Below are positions 1-9,856 of a DNA stretch of 43,542 nucleotides, piece after piece. The notes under the pieces are model-generated. The model saw nothing but the letters and a program-made list of their open reading frames with translations, searched no databases and had not been told where the DNA came from. The position numbers and the translations under genes are program-made. The DNA lies in contig CAYVLA010000015.1 in NCBI GenBank assembly GCA_964452145.1, positions 1 to 43,542 of the forward strand. Reading direction: 5' to 3'. The stretch's first letter is position 1. Every line of letters starts with the position of its first letter. The stretch is from Candidatus Hadarchaeota archaeon. Lineage in GTDB: Archaea > CAYQAE01 > CAYVLA01.

Positions 1-285
1 GATGAAGTCCTGAATCTGCACCCCTTCGTAACTACGGGGAAAGTAGATCCTCACATACTTCTGGATCTGGGCATCTCCTCCCGGTACACTGCGACTGGGA
101 ACGAAGAGCGGTGCCACCATGGGCTCATTTAGGAAGAAGGAGCTGATCAGGCGTGTTTCGTCCACCCTACCGGTGAGGAGCACCTTGATCTTGCCTGTGT
201 TCTCGTGAAGACCCTGGCATGGCATCATCAATGCTACCAACGTGACCAAGATGATCGGCAACGGATGACGTGGTCGGACAATCAA
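1..285 (-). CDS. N-terminal part of an exported/membrane hypothetical protein (runs off the window start; not in ORF track)
   Basis: Hand translation from TTG at 285 (GGAG upstream): LIVRPRHPLPIILVTLVALMMPCQG-LHENTGKIKVLLTG...KYVRIYFPRSYEGVQIQDFI. Open to base 1, with a signal-peptide-like N-terminus. Confidence 0.75.
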   Translation of the reverse strand, partial: MIVRPRHPLPIILVTLVALMMPCQGLHENTGKIKVLLTGRVDETRLISSFFLNEPMVAPLFVPSRSVPGGDAQIQKYVRIYFPRSYEGVQIQDFI

Positions 286-527
286 CGAGTGCGCCGCCTT
301 CTCCGAGGCAGAAAAATGAATCCGAGGCCCCGAAGACCTGGCTGTGAACCCGCTCCACAGAGGCTTGCACATCACTTACGATGATTGGGCAACGGAGGGC
401 AGCGAGGCAGTGGATGGAGGATAGCATGCGACACCACAGATCCAGCTTCGCGCAGATCTCCTAGCGGTCCCGCGTCTCTAGGAATCGCACATAAGAGAAG
501 GGAGATACCGGTGAGTTCGATGGTTGC

Positions 528-1976
528 ATGCCGAATCTTCTCTTCATCTTGACCGATCAGCAGAGAGCCGACACGATGGCTGCATACGGGAACTCTCGTA
601 TCCGGATGCCGAACCTGGATCGCCTGGCCTCGGAGGGAACGGTCTTCAGGCGAGCATGCGTGACCCAACCCGTCTGCACACCTTCACGCTCGTCCATTCT
701 CACCGGCCTCTATCCACACACCACCGGCTGCACAGCAGACAACACCACGCTCCCGTGCGACGTGCCTTGCCTGCCAGAGATGCTGCCGAAGCACAGATAC
801 ACATCTGGGTATCACGGAAAATGGCACCTAGGAGATGAGGTTTTCCGCCAACACGGGTTCGATGAGTGGAGGAGCATACAGGACGATTACCACAGGCACT
901 ATCGGCCCTGCCGCGACCGCTGTGCCCGCTCAACCCACTACCACTTCCTGGTTGAGAACGGCTTTCAGCCGGGGGAGGATAACACCTTCGACAATGTCGC
1001 GTGCACCAACCTGCCAGAGGAATTCTCCAAAACGGCCTATCTTGCACGTGAGGCCTCGCGCTTCATCCGTGAGAACCGTCAGCCCTTCGTCCTCTTCGTT
1101 GGCTTTCATGAGCCCCACCCGCCCTACCACGGTCCCAGAGATGGCCAGTACGATCCCGGGGAGATCCTACTGCCGGAGAGTTTCTACCATCCACCCACGG
1201 AGGAGCAGCACCCGAAGGCATTTCACCGCTACCAGGCCTTCTACGAGAAGGGATACCGCCAATGGAACCTCAGGGACGAGGGGGAATGGCGGAAGCTCAT
1301 CTCCAACTACTGGGGCCTCTGCAGCCAAGTGGACACCCACGTGGGAAGCATCCTCGACACCCTGAGGGAATGCGACGTGTACGACGAGACCATGATCGTC
1401 TTCACCTCCGATCACGGGGACATGATGGGCAGCCACAGGCTCCTGCAGAAATCGGTTACGTTCAAGGAGGCCATCATGGTTCCCCTCATAATCAAGTTGC
1501 CAGGACAGAGGGAATCGATAATAATCGACGGCCCGGTGAGCCACGTCGACCTACTGCCCACCATCCTCGACGTCATGGGTGAAGAGATCCCAAAACATCT
1601 TCAGGGAAGGAGCCTGAAGCCGGTGATGGACGGTGAGGCCGAGGTCGAGGATGGCGTGATCATAGAATGGAACAACCGAGAGGCCGAAACGGGACCGAGC
1701 GGGGCTGAGGATGAGGCCACAGCTGCGATGAGGGACCCTACCAGAACGATCGTCACGCAGGACGGCTGGAGGTTCACCTGCTCCACCATAGGAAGGCATG
1801 AGTTGTACAACCTGGTGGACGATCCCATGGAGATCACCAATCTTGCCCGATGGGGAAGGTACGAAGATCTGATGTCGAATCTACTCTGCAGAATCCGGGA
1901 CTGGCAGGGTCGGACCGAGGACCGCGTACAACTGCCCACCTCTCTCGTTCGTTCGGCCGGGAGGCCTGACAGTTGA
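528..1976 (+). CDS. Sulfatase (arylsulfatase/choline-sulfatase-like, Cys-type formylglycine)
   Basis: PNLLFILTDQQR start, CTPSR motif, GKWHLG, EPHPPY, TSDHGD, VPLII, ELYNL..DP.E. Confidence 0.95.
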   Translation: MPNLLFILTDQQRADTMAAYGNSRIRMPNLDRLASEGTVFRRACVTQPVCTPSRSSILTGLYPHTTGCTADNTTLPCDVPCLPEMLPKHRYTSGYHGKWHLGDEVFRQHGFDEWRSIQDDYHRHYRPCRDRCARSTHYHFLVENGFQPGEDNTFDNVACTNLPEEFSKTAYLAREASRFIRENRQPFVLFVGFHEPHPPYHGPRDGQYDPGEILLPESFYHPPTEEQHPKAFHRYQAFYEKGYRQWNLRDEGEWRKLISNYWGLCSQVDTHVGSILDTLRECDVYDETMIVFTSDHGDMMGSHRLLQKSVTFKEAIMVPLIIKLPGQRESIIIDGPVSHVDLLPTILDVMGEEIPKHLQGRSLKPVMDGEAEVEDGVIIEWNNREAETGPSGAEDEATAAMRDPTRTIVTQDGWRFTCSTIGRHELYNLVDDPMEITNLARWGRYEDLMSNLLCRIRDWQGRTEDRVQLPTSLVRSAGRPDS

Positions 1977-2905
1977 GGATTGGGTTGGATACCTACAGTT
2001 GCCACATTCCCCTAGCCGCGGGAACCTACGACGTCTTCGACCTGATCGAGCTGATGCCCTCATTGGGGGTCGAAGGCCTCCAGATCAACATCAACGGCAA
2101 AGACGGGCGGTTCCTCGGCGCCGACCCGGGGGACGCCGAACACGTGAGAAAGGTCAGAGATGCTCTACGTTGCAAGGGCCTGTTTGTCGAGGTTGGGGGC
2201 AGAAGCACGAGCCCGGACATGCTTACATGGCAGCTGCATCTATGTGCCGATCTCGGGGCCGACACCCTTCGCACCGCGGTTACCCTTTGGGACACCATCG
2301 AGGAGACCGCCGAGGCAGCCCGGCGCGGCATCGAGGCCGTACTCCCCCTGGCTCACGATCTCGGAGTGCGAATAGCCCTCGAGAATCACGAGGATCTCAC
2401 CGCAGAGGAACTGGCCTCTATCATCGAAGCAGTCGACGATGACCACGTCGGAGTGTGCATAGACACGGGCAACGGCCTATGTGTATACGAGGATCCAACC
2501 GAAACAGCCGCCCGGCTTGCTCCCTACGCGATAAGCTCCCACATCAAGGACCAGCGATTGGTCCAGATCCAAGGGGTTGTCTACAGTGTTGGAGTCAGGC
2601 TGGGCCAAGGGATGATCGACCTTCCAGAAGTCATCGACATACTCCTGGCAGGGGGCAGACTGGACCGCTTGCTCGTTCAGGACACAACGGGCTACGGAGT
2701 CCGCCTCAATCCTCTTGGCAGGAAGCTGGAAAGAATCAACCCGTTCCACGACATCCCGGAAATGACTGGCCAAGACCTCGCCAAGGAGAACCTCCTTCTC
2801 TCCCTGGAAGGATTAAGCGCACAAGAACTCGGATCATTAGCCCGCACCCAGCTGAGGAACGTTGAGGAGGATATTGCTTACCTTCGCTCGATCCTGGGCA
2901 GTTAA
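1973..2905 (+). CDS. Sugar phosphate isomerase/epimerase (xylose isomerase-like TIM barrel)
   Basis: IALENHED, CIDTGN and SHIKD metal motifs; TTG start overlaps the sulfatase stop (operon). Confidence 0.85.
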   Translation: MRIGLDTYSCHIPLAAGTYDVFDLIELMPSLGVEGLQININGKDGRFLGADPGDAEHVRKVRDALRCKGLFVEVGGRSTSPDMLTWQLHLCADLGADTLRTAVTLWDTIEETAEAARRGIEAVLPLAHDLGVRIALENHEDLTAEELASIIEAVDDDHVGVCIDTGNGLCVYEDPTETAARLAPYAISSHIKDQRLVQIQGVVYSVGVRLGQGMIDLPEVIDILLAGGRLDRLLVQDTTGYGVRLNPLGRKLERINPFHDIPEMTGQDLAKENLLLSLEGLSAQELGSLARTQLRNVEEDIAYLRSILGS

Positions 2906-2962
2906 ACCCTCCCAAGGGCCGGCTCATCGTGAATACGCAACGTGAACAGCGTTCCGCACAGC

Positions 2963-3017
2963 CCAGATGAACCCAATGGCGCATCCATCCACCGTGCCAT
3001 CTTGCCATTGCATCTGG
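2963..3017. other. Interrupted inverted repeat (7 bp + 4-nt bulge + 7 bp) downstream of the sulfatase operon
   Basis: CCAGATG (2963-69) / CATCTGG (3011-17) and CAATGGC (2974-80) / GCCATTG (3004-10). Confidence 0.5.
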
Positions 3018-3285
3018 ATGAGGAGTGAGAACACCATATGAAGTGACGGCAGGGTTGTGACGACTCCTACCTGGGTCTGGTCAATTCAACTGCCCGGCAA
3101 GCTTTCATCTCACCATTGACATCCAGAGAACCGACCTAGCGATGAATGGAGCACAATTGCGAAGACCGAGAAGCGTGCCCATCCTTCTTCCTTCTCGCCC
3201 TGCTTATCGCGACGGCATCGCCGCTAAGGACTTGAGCCTTCCCAATCATGAAAGCAAGAAGCCGGGCACATATACCTGAACCCAA

Positions 3286-4353
3286 TTAGGGTTCCTCGGG
3301 GGAGACGTTCGTTCGGCCCAGCTTGCCCACTATCTGGATCAATGCCCCGCATCTACTGCAATGCCCGGTTTCATCCAGTGAAACGTCTGTCACCCTGTAC
3401 CCCGTCCTCTTGATGGCAAGGGCGCCGCACTCGGGGCAGTAGGTGCTCTCCAACCGGTGTCCCGGCACGTTCCCGACATAGGCGTGGCGAACGCCCTTCC
3501 TCCTCGCCATGCCAACGGCTTCCTCAAGCAAGGATACCGGGACGGGGGGCATGCGATACCGGTGGGCCGGATGGTAGCGGGTGAAGTGCAGCGGGGCATC
3601 CTCCCCAAGAACGCTCAGATGCCGATCGATGACCCACTCCATCTGACCAAGACCATCGTTGACGCCGGTGACCACGAGATTGACCACCTCCACATGCATG
3701 CCCAGCTTTCTGGCCGTCTCCATGCTTTCCAACACGCGCTCGACTAGGACCCCGCCGCACCAGTCCCGGTAGACCTCCTTCGGACCCTTAAGATCGATCT
3801 TGATCCCATCCATCCCCGACCGGGCAAGCAGCTCTAGGGCCTGAGGGGTCATGTAGCCGTTGGAGACAAAGCATGCGTAAAGTCGCATCCTGCTCCCCAT
3901 CTTGAACAGATCAAGAGCGTACTCCAGCCCGAGCGTTGGTTCTTGGAAGGAGGCACAAAGGCCCTGATCACCGTGGGCCCGGGCACGAGCCAGCAGCTCT
4001 TCAGGTGGGTGGAACAGGCCCTCTCCGTCTGGGCGACGTCGGGATATCCTGTGGTTCTGGCACCAGGCACAATCGAAGTTGCACGACCACGTCGAGAAGG
4101 TCATGGCCGTCGAGCCTGGCCAGTAGTGGTAGAAGGGCTTTATCTCAATGGGCCTGCTCTCCACGCAGCTCAGATCTCCGTAGACCAGGGTATAGAGGGT
4201 CCCCGAGCGGTTCTCCCGCGTGCCGCAGTATCCCCGTTCCCCGTCGGAGATGGCGCATCTTCGGTGACACAGATCACATCTGAGCCTTCCCCGAGCCAGA
4301 CGGGAGTAGAGCCTAGCCTCGGCCACCGTGGAAAGGGATCGACGTCCGCTCAT
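3286..4353 (-). CDS. amrS: AmmeMemoRadiSam system radical SAM enzyme
   Basis: N-terminal CDLCHRRC...GYCGTR, PIEIKPFYHYWPG, CNFDCAWCQN radical SAM motif, LHFTRYHP, C-terminal TYCPECG...CSRCG. Start placed at ATG 4353 (ORF extends to 4392). Confidence 0.9.
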   Translation of the reverse strand: MSGRRSLSTVAEARLYSRLARGRLRCDLCHRRCAISDGERGYCGTRENRSGTLYTLVYGDLSCVESRPIEIKPFYHYWPGSTAMTFSTWSCNFDCAWCQNHRISRRRPDGEGLFHPPEELLARARAHGDQGLCASFQEPTLGLEYALDLFKMGSRMRLYACFVSNGYMTPQALELLARSGMDGIKIDLKGPKEVYRDWCGGVLVERVLESMETARKLGMHVEVVNLVVTGVNDGLGQMEWVIDRHLSVLGEDAPLHFTRYHPAHRYRMPPVPVSLLEEAVGMARRKGVRHAYVGNVPGHRLESTYCPECGALAIKRTGYRVTDVSLDETGHCSRCGALIQIVGKLGRTNVSPEEP

Positions 4354-4396
4354 GGAAAGGGCCATCGCAGAACGATGCATCCACATGCTCATTCAG

Positions 4397-4651
4397 CTAG
4401 AGCTTCTTCCTGCGCAGACCAGGACCCAATGCCTCTTTGCCGGCTGCGCTCCACATAGGCCCCTTCACGTCCGGGTGATGAGGCAGCTCGGGCTCCGGCG
4501 GCGCGATCGGAGCTGGATGAGGACCCTCAGGCGGCCCCCGCTGGCGCGGTGGGATGTCGACCCGCTTCCCGCACTTGGCGCATTGGGCCACGCCCATGAG
4601 GCTAACCCTGAACAGGTTGTTCCCGCAATCTGCGCAATGCAACCATGTCAT
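4397..4651 (-). CDS. Small zinc-ribbon protein with a proline-rich tail
   Basis: MTWLHCADCG...AQCAKCG (two CxxC) then PPEGPHPAPIAPPEPELP; G-rich SD and a promoter upstream. Confidence 0.7.
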   Translation of the reverse strand: MTWLHCADCGNNLFRVSLMGVAQCAKCGKRVDIPPRQRGPPEGPHPAPIAPPEPELPHHPDVKGPMWSAAGKEALGPGLRRKKL

Positions 4652-4685
4652 TGTGGTTCCCCCGTACAATAGACCTCCCAGGACA

Positions 4686-4698
4686 GATAAAGCCTTTC
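4686..4698 (-). promoter_or_regulatory. Archaeal BRE/TATA-like promoter
   Basis: Minus strand GAAAGGCTTTATC, ~35 nt upstream of the ATG at 4651. Confidence 0.5.
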
Positions 4699-4861
4699 CA
4701 TGATATGCGCCAGGACCAAGCTTGCCCCACGGAAGGACCGCGGTGTCTCGGGTAGTGTCCGTATCTGCCTACATAGCCCATATGGAAGCGTGGCTGCGGC
4801 ACTCGCGGGCGAACCATCCTGCGTCCGGGGATTGCCTTGGGGCCTGTTTGGGTGGACTGTG

Positions 4862-5690
4862 TCATGCACTCCATCGGATAAAAGGGATCTCCCGGTGGAG
4901 AGTCCTCCTGACCATGAGTGACCAGAGGACCGCGTCCGGGATTATGAAGGTACACATTGTGACCATCCACTCCGCCAGATAGATCCAGAAAAGGGCTTTG
5001 CTCTTCAACTGCATAGCACTGGCCTGGAGTTCGACAAGACTTCCAAAGGCCGTCTCCATGGTGTCGAGACCTGCGTCAAAGTCTCGGTCGAGATACAGAT
5101 CTTCTGACCTCCGCCTTTCCTCGCCAATGGCGTTCGATCCGGCATAGATCCTTGTTGAGTTTGCGCCGAATGCCTCGGCAAACTCAAGAAGACTGATCAG
5201 CAGAGATCTCTGGATGCCGTAGTCGAAGACAAGTCGCCTGTATTCGTGTACCTTCAGAGGATCCTGGGGAAGCCGCTTCCCGGTGCTCCACGACATGACG
5301 TTCACTATGATGTCAAGGCCGAAGGGATTCGAATGAGGGCTGCCGGTCTCCGGTGCGCTCCAGAAGGGGTCGTTGGGCTTGTCCCTGAAGGTGAAAGTGA
5401 TCGATCCGCCCCAGGCGCCCACCCGCAGAGGATCTGCAGGGCGAGGTTCCATAGGTAGTCTTTCCGTATCTGGTCCACCATGCTCAGACGACGCATCTGG
5501 GAGTGGCCCTTTAACTCGCTTGTGGTCCTGCAGACCAAGATATCAGCCGCTGGATGGCGAAGGTCAGGAAGGTGCGTTGTGTTCTTCCTCCTCGTCCCAT
5601 CCTTTGGTGCGGGGAATCACCTCAAGGTGGAACTGATGCTCACCTCACTATCCACGACAACAAGGGAGCCGGCTCGGTTAACCTTTTTCA
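4862..5690 (-). pseudogene. Decayed gene of a membrane-anchored hypothetical protein; only the C-terminal part is open (4862-5452)
   Basis: ORF ends in a helical region plus TM segment and basic tail (ALFWIYLAEWMVT...LWSLMVRR). Upstream 5453-5690 has stops in all three minus frames and no signal peptide. Confidence 0.5.
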
Positions 5691-5714
5691 GAGTCCGGTG
5701 AGGCCGAAGACCCG

Positions 5715-6353
5715 GTGAACAAGTTGGCCATTGAGAGAGCCGCGGTTAAGAACCCTTGGCGCAAGACACACCCGGCCCAGTTCTCGGACGAGGAGATGGA
5801 GGTCGTGCGTCTCGCCGAGAATGGGCAGGGGCAGGAGCGCATCGCGTATGCCCCGGTTGTCTACGAGTATTGGGCACCCTTCAACTATCCCAACATCAAG
5901 GTCGAGTTGGGACGCACGGACCCGTATGTCGGAGCTGAGTTCAACGAGGATGGAGTCGAGCTTGACGTTCCCCCCTACGGGGCGATAACCATCGTGGAAG
6001 ACGAGCCGATTGTCGGGGTCACCGTGATCGGAAGTGCCTGCTGTCCGCCTGGTTTCGTGCTCCTCCATGCCGAACCCGTCGAGTGGAAATACCCCCGCTC
6101 CTCGGTCAAGATGCGGGTGGACAACCTATGGGGCGAGCACATACGCATCGATCCCTGGAGAAAGGGCATCGACGACGGATACCGCGACGCCGGGATGAGC
6201 TGCGCCGTCTTCGAGATCCCCGAGAGCAAGAAGATCACGATCATGTCAGGCAGTCAGATGAACATCGATGAGCTGGACATCAAGAACATGCGACACGATG
6301 CCCACTACTGTACGCGCATCATCAGGGTGACCGTGAAACGGCAGATCCATTGA
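5715..6353 (+). CDS. Hypothetical protein (212 aa)
   Basis: Long ORF, strong GC3 bias, GGTGAGG SD upstream of the GTG; no family recognised. Confidence 0.75.
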   Translation: MNKLAIERAAVKNPWRKTHPAQFSDEEMEVVRLAENGQGQERIAYAPVVYEYWAPFNYPNIKVELGRTDPYVGAEFNEDGVELDVPPYGAITIVEDEPIVGVTVIGSACCPPGFVLLHAEPVEWKYPRSSVKMRVDNLWGEHIRIDPWRKGIDDGYRDAGMSCAVFEIPESKKITIMSGSQMNIDELDIKNMRHDAHYCTRIIRVTVKRQIH

Positions 6354-6392
6354 TCTGGGGCTCTCTGTGGAGAGCGTGGGGTGTGCAAAGCC

Positions 6393-7781
6393 TCAGCGGA
6401 ACTGGATTGAGTACAGGTCGGCGTCTCTGAGTACGAAGCGGAGTCGTACAGTGCTTCCGGCAATCTGGCTGAGGTCAGAACCTGCCGTCCAGCGGACGGT
6501 GTGCTCGATCTCGTCACCGAATATCGGTTCGCAGTCATCGAGGCGGTAGCCCTGGAACGGCCTGCCGGTTCCGTCCTCCAATCCGACGCGGATGCTGCCC
6601 GCAGCCGAGGTGGAGTAGTTCAGGATCAGACAATGCCCGCTGAAGACTAGGGGACGGGTGAGGAATTCACCGCCGGCGTAGGGCCCGAAGATCGATACAA
6701 AGCCATCCATCCTGATAGTGTACCGTCGGAGGCGGCACCCCTCCTCGTAGTAGCTCTCGCTGGAGTAGAGTGACAGCTCGTCCGGCAGGCCAGGTATTTC
6801 GGGCTTGGTCACCAGGACCCCCCACGCGGTCATGTTGTTCCGCTCCCACCAGCGTTCCCGCTGAAGCCCGGGCCTTATGAACGCTTCAAGCCACCGGTTC
6901 CAGCGGTACCCGTCGCGGCTGGACATGAACACCCCATCCGAGACGCCCGGGTAGCCATGTTCCTGGATCTTCTTCCTTTCAGGCAGGAAGCGTTTGGGGA
7001 AGCCCAGGAAGAGATGGGGGGCCCGGAAGTATGCAATCGCCGAGCTTGTGTAGAGGTGCTCGCGAGGCAGTTCACCGAAATCCACGAACACCGGGTCCGT
7101 CCAGTGAACGAAGTCCTGCGACGTGCAGGTCATAATATCCCTTACTCCGTCCCGGAAGTTGCGGTGGAATTCCACGTATCTCGCCCTGAAAGTGTCCCAG
7201 AAGGCGAGATTCAGCGAGTCGAATGCCCCCTCGGTTATGACCGGTTCGGGGCGAACCAGGGACCAGTGTATTCCATCCGGTGAATGCAAAGCCGCAAGCC
7301 CGCCCCTCATTCCTGCCAAGGCCTTGTATCGTGACGCTTCTCCGCATCCGGGATTAGCATCCTTGAAGGGGGCAAAGTTGTGGGTTCCCTCTCCCACCCA
7401 CACGATGTTGTTGCTCTTGGACCCGCCAAACTCGAAGAGGCCGAGATCGGGCCTGGTCCAATGCACGCCGTCCGGGCTCTCAGCCATGCAGGTCACCGAA
7501 TGTGTCTCCCTCTTACCTGCCCAGTCATAGTGAGATCCCCGATAGTACATCCTGAACACGTCCTCGTCTTGGAACACGGTGGCGTAGGCACTTGTGTTCC
7601 CTTCCCACGGACGGTCGAAGACTAGGGCCACCTCCCGCGGAATCGGATGGTGGAGACGCTGTTGGGCTCCGTTCATCTTGTCGATGAGCCAATCGTCCAC
7701 AAAGAGCTCAAGGCGAGAGCGGATTTCGCAGACCTCCCGCTTCCGAGGAGATTCCGCGAGATTACTTTCTGTGGGTGACAT
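6393..7781 (-). CDS. Five-bladed beta-propeller glycoside hydrolase-like protein (GH32/43/130 clan-like)
   Basis: ELFVDDWLI, PWEG, repeated Asp-box-like S.DG.HW / SQDFVHW / SRDGYRW, R.DGFVS and C-terminal beta-sandwich ending DADLYSIQF. Confidence 0.75.
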   Translation of the reverse strand: MSPTESNLAESPRKREVCEIRSRLELFVDDWLIDKMNGAQQRLHHPIPREVALVFDRPWEGNTSAYATVFQDEDVFRMYYRGSHYDWAGKRETHSVTCMAESPDGVHWTRPDLGLFEFGGSKSNNIVWVGEGTHNFAPFKDANPGCGEASRYKALAGMRGGLAALHSPDGIHWSLVRPEPVITEGAFDSLNLAFWDTFRARYVEFHRNFRDGVRDIMTCTSQDFVHWTDPVFVDFGELPREHLYTSSAIAYFRAPHLFLGFPKRFLPERKKIQEHGYPGVSDGVFMSSRDGYRWNRWLEAFIRPGLQRERWWERNNMTAWGVLVTKPEIPGLPDELSLYSSESYYEEGCRLRRYTIRMDGFVSIFGPYAGGEFLTRPLVFSGHCLILNYSTSAAGSIRVGLEDGTGRPFQGYRLDDCEPIFGDEIEHTVRWTAGSDLSQIAGSTVRLRFVLRDADLYSIQFR

Positions 7782-7902
7782 GGTCGTACATCCTGGACTG
7801 CTGGCTGGAACGAGGAGAACCAGAAATAACTTTGCGTCGATCCTTGTGGATCCAGCCAGTCACGTCTTGATTTGAGAACCCACTGGAGCCCAGGTGAAAC
7901 GG

Positions 7903-8220
7903 CTAGCTTGTCTCCGATGCCACCCACCGCAGGTACTCCCCCGATCCGCCGGTGACCGGCAAGGCAATCACCTCGGGCAGCTCATAGGGATGGTTGTCGA
8001 CTATCATCTCCGTCACCCTTTCCACCAGATCGGTCCTGGTCTTGGCAACCACCAGAACCTCGGGATCCTCCTGAACTCTTCCCTTCCACCTGTAGATGCT
8101 GGTTACGCCCGCAACGATGTTCACGCATGCCACCAGCCTGGCTGAGACAAGCTTGCTCGCAATGTTCTTGGCCACGGTTGTGTCGGGGCAAGAGCTCATC
8201 ACCACTGAGACAGTTGGCAT
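7903..8220 (-). CDS. cutA: Divalent-cation tolerance protein CutA
   Basis: LVACVNI, SIYRWKG, HPYELPEVI, YLRW. Confidence 0.95.
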   Translation of the reverse strand: MPTVSVVMSSCPDTTVAKNIASKLVSARLVACVNIVAGVTSIYRWKGRVQEDPEVLVVAKTRTDLVERVTEMIVDNHPYELPEVIALPVTGGSGEYLRWVASETS

Positions 8221-8375
8221 GAATCCGTTGTGACACCCCAGCCCTCAAAATACTTGCCCACAAATCTGCAGCCTCACCTGCCAAGGATCGCCCCGGGAAC
8301 CGATTTGAGAGCCCAAACACGGGAACCGAGAACCCGAGAACGCAAAGCTAATCTACCTGAAACGCCAATCAACTG

Positions 8376-8618
8376 GTGATGAGAAGAGAGAAAGACACTG
8401 GGACATCGGCAAGGGAGCCCAGCTGTGAGTATCTCCTCTACGAGTGCGAGAGGGACAAGACCAGACTCGAGCGGAGGATGGCGGAACTGCAATCCCAGAT
8501 CAGCCATCTGATCGAGGAAAACCGCAAGCTGAGATACCAGCTAGCAGACAGAGAACGGAAATCTGGCCTCCGGCAGCAGGATTCGCTGCAACCAGAGCGG
8601 GTTCCACAGGCCTGGTAG
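8376..8618 (+). CDS. Small coiled-coil hypothetical protein
   Basis: Heptad Leu repeat LERRMAELQSQISHLIEENRKLRYQL. Confidence 0.6.
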   Translation: MMRREKDTGTSAREPSCEYLLYECERDKTRLERRMAELQSQISHLIEENRKLRYQLADRERKSGLRQQDSLQPERVPQAW

Positions 8619-8729
8619 TCCCGCGGCAGAACCAAGGAGACGGCAGCGGTAACCCAGCCTCGGCCCCTCGCATAGGACTATCCCGTGGGCCCGGCTAAGA
8701 CATATCAGGGCTTCGGTGATGGTGAGCAC

Positions 8730-9758
8730 ATGCAGGGACGGGACAGGATTCTGACCGCCTTGGAAAGGGGCGAGCCCGATCGGGTCCCCACATGGGAGCT
8801 GATAATCAATGACCGAGTCATTCACGCCCTAGCTGGGCCGATCTCGGCGCTTGACTTTTACGAAAAGGAAGGTCTCGACGGAGTAACCGTCTTCGAGGAT
8901 AACAGACGAACCGAATGGCTGGACAGTCAGACCTACAAGGATGAGTGGGGCATTAAGTGGCGGATCGAGCCAAGCGGGCTTGCCTATCCCAGCGGCGGCC
9001 CCATAGCATCCGCGGATGATCTGGAGAGCTATTCCCCACCCGATCCGGATGCCGCACACAGGCTCGCGTCTCTTGAGAACGCCGTCAAACGTCTCGGCGG
9101 CAGGAGGGCCATAGTCTTCTGCAGCCACGAGGCCTTCGAGTTCTCACATTACCTCCGCGGGATGAGGACTCTGCTGATCGACTACTACCGCAACCCGGGC
9201 CTAGCTCGGCGCCTCGCCAGGATGGTCACCGACTACAAGAAAAGGGTCATCGCCCGGGCCATCGAGATCGGCGCCGATGCAATAGTCACCGGCGACGATT
9301 ACTGCAACAGAAAAGGCCCCATCATGTCGGTTGCGCATTTCCGGAGATTCGTTCTGCCCTACCTCAGGGAGACCGTGAGGTTCACCAGAAAGCGGGGGGT
9401 GCCCCACATAAAGCACACCGACGGCAACCTGTGGCCCATACTTGATATGATCGTGGACACGGGCATTGACGCCATCGATCCGCTCGAGCCCGTGGCAGGG
9501 ATGGATATCGGGCAGGTGAAGGAGGAGTACGGACACCGCATCTGCCTGATCGGCAACATCGATTGTGGCGACCTGCTTTCGGGCGGCACCCCGGGGGAGG
9601 TGATCAGATCAGTCAGACAGACCATGGCCCAGGCGGCCCCGGGCGGCGGCTTCGTCCTTTCCTCAAGCAACAGCATACACCCCGCAGTCAAGCCCGAGAA
9701 CTACCAGGCCATGATGAGGGCCGGTAGGAGATACGGGCGGTATCCCTCGCCCGGCTAG
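8730..9758 (+). CDS. Uroporphyrinogen decarboxylase / MtaA-CmuA superfamily protein (copy 1)
   Basis: RDRILTAL..GEPDRVP, DEWG, GDDY, HTDGN, GNIDC, GGFVLSSSNSI; lacks the RQAGR motif of true HemE; GGTGA SD before ATG 8730. Confidence 0.9.
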   Translation: MQGRDRILTALERGEPDRVPTWELIINDRVIHALAGPISALDFYEKEGLDGVTVFEDNRRTEWLDSQTYKDEWGIKWRIEPSGLAYPSGGPIASADDLESYSPPDPDAAHRLASLENAVKRLGGRRAIVFCSHEAFEFSHYLRGMRTLLIDYYRNPGLARRLARMVTDYKKRVIARAIEIGADAIVTGDDYCNRKGPIMSVAHFRRFVLPYLRETVRFTRKRGVPHIKHTDGNLWPILDMIVDTGIDAIDPLEPVAGMDIGQVKEEYGHRICLIGNIDCGDLLSGGTPGEVIRSVRQTMAQAAPGGGFVLSSSNSIHPAVKPENYQAMMRAGRRYGRYPSPG

Positions 9759-9816
9759 CTTATCCCCGGAGGAAGCACTGGCTGGGGCCAGCCATCCGAA
9801 TCAAACCTTGCGATAT

Positions 9817-9832
9817 CGAAACACTTATCAAT
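9817..9832 (+). promoter_or_regulatory. Archaeal BRE/TATA-like promoter facing a non-coding structured region
   Basis: CGAAACACTTATCAAT resembles the GAAAGGCTTTATC and GATAACGTTTATC elements upstream of genes in this window; predicted start site ~9851-9859. Confidence 0.45.
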
Positions 9833-9856
9833 GACTTGCCCCGCTGAAACGGGCAA

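Noticed and set aside
3146..3235. 29-aa hydrophobic ORF MEHNCEDREACPSFFLLALLIATASPLRT
   Set aside because: Too short, no SD; may be a signal-peptide remnant or chance
528..4392. Radical SAM enzyme as the sulfatase maturase (anSME)
   Set aside because: Motifs match AmmeMemoRadiSam and there is no SPASM domain
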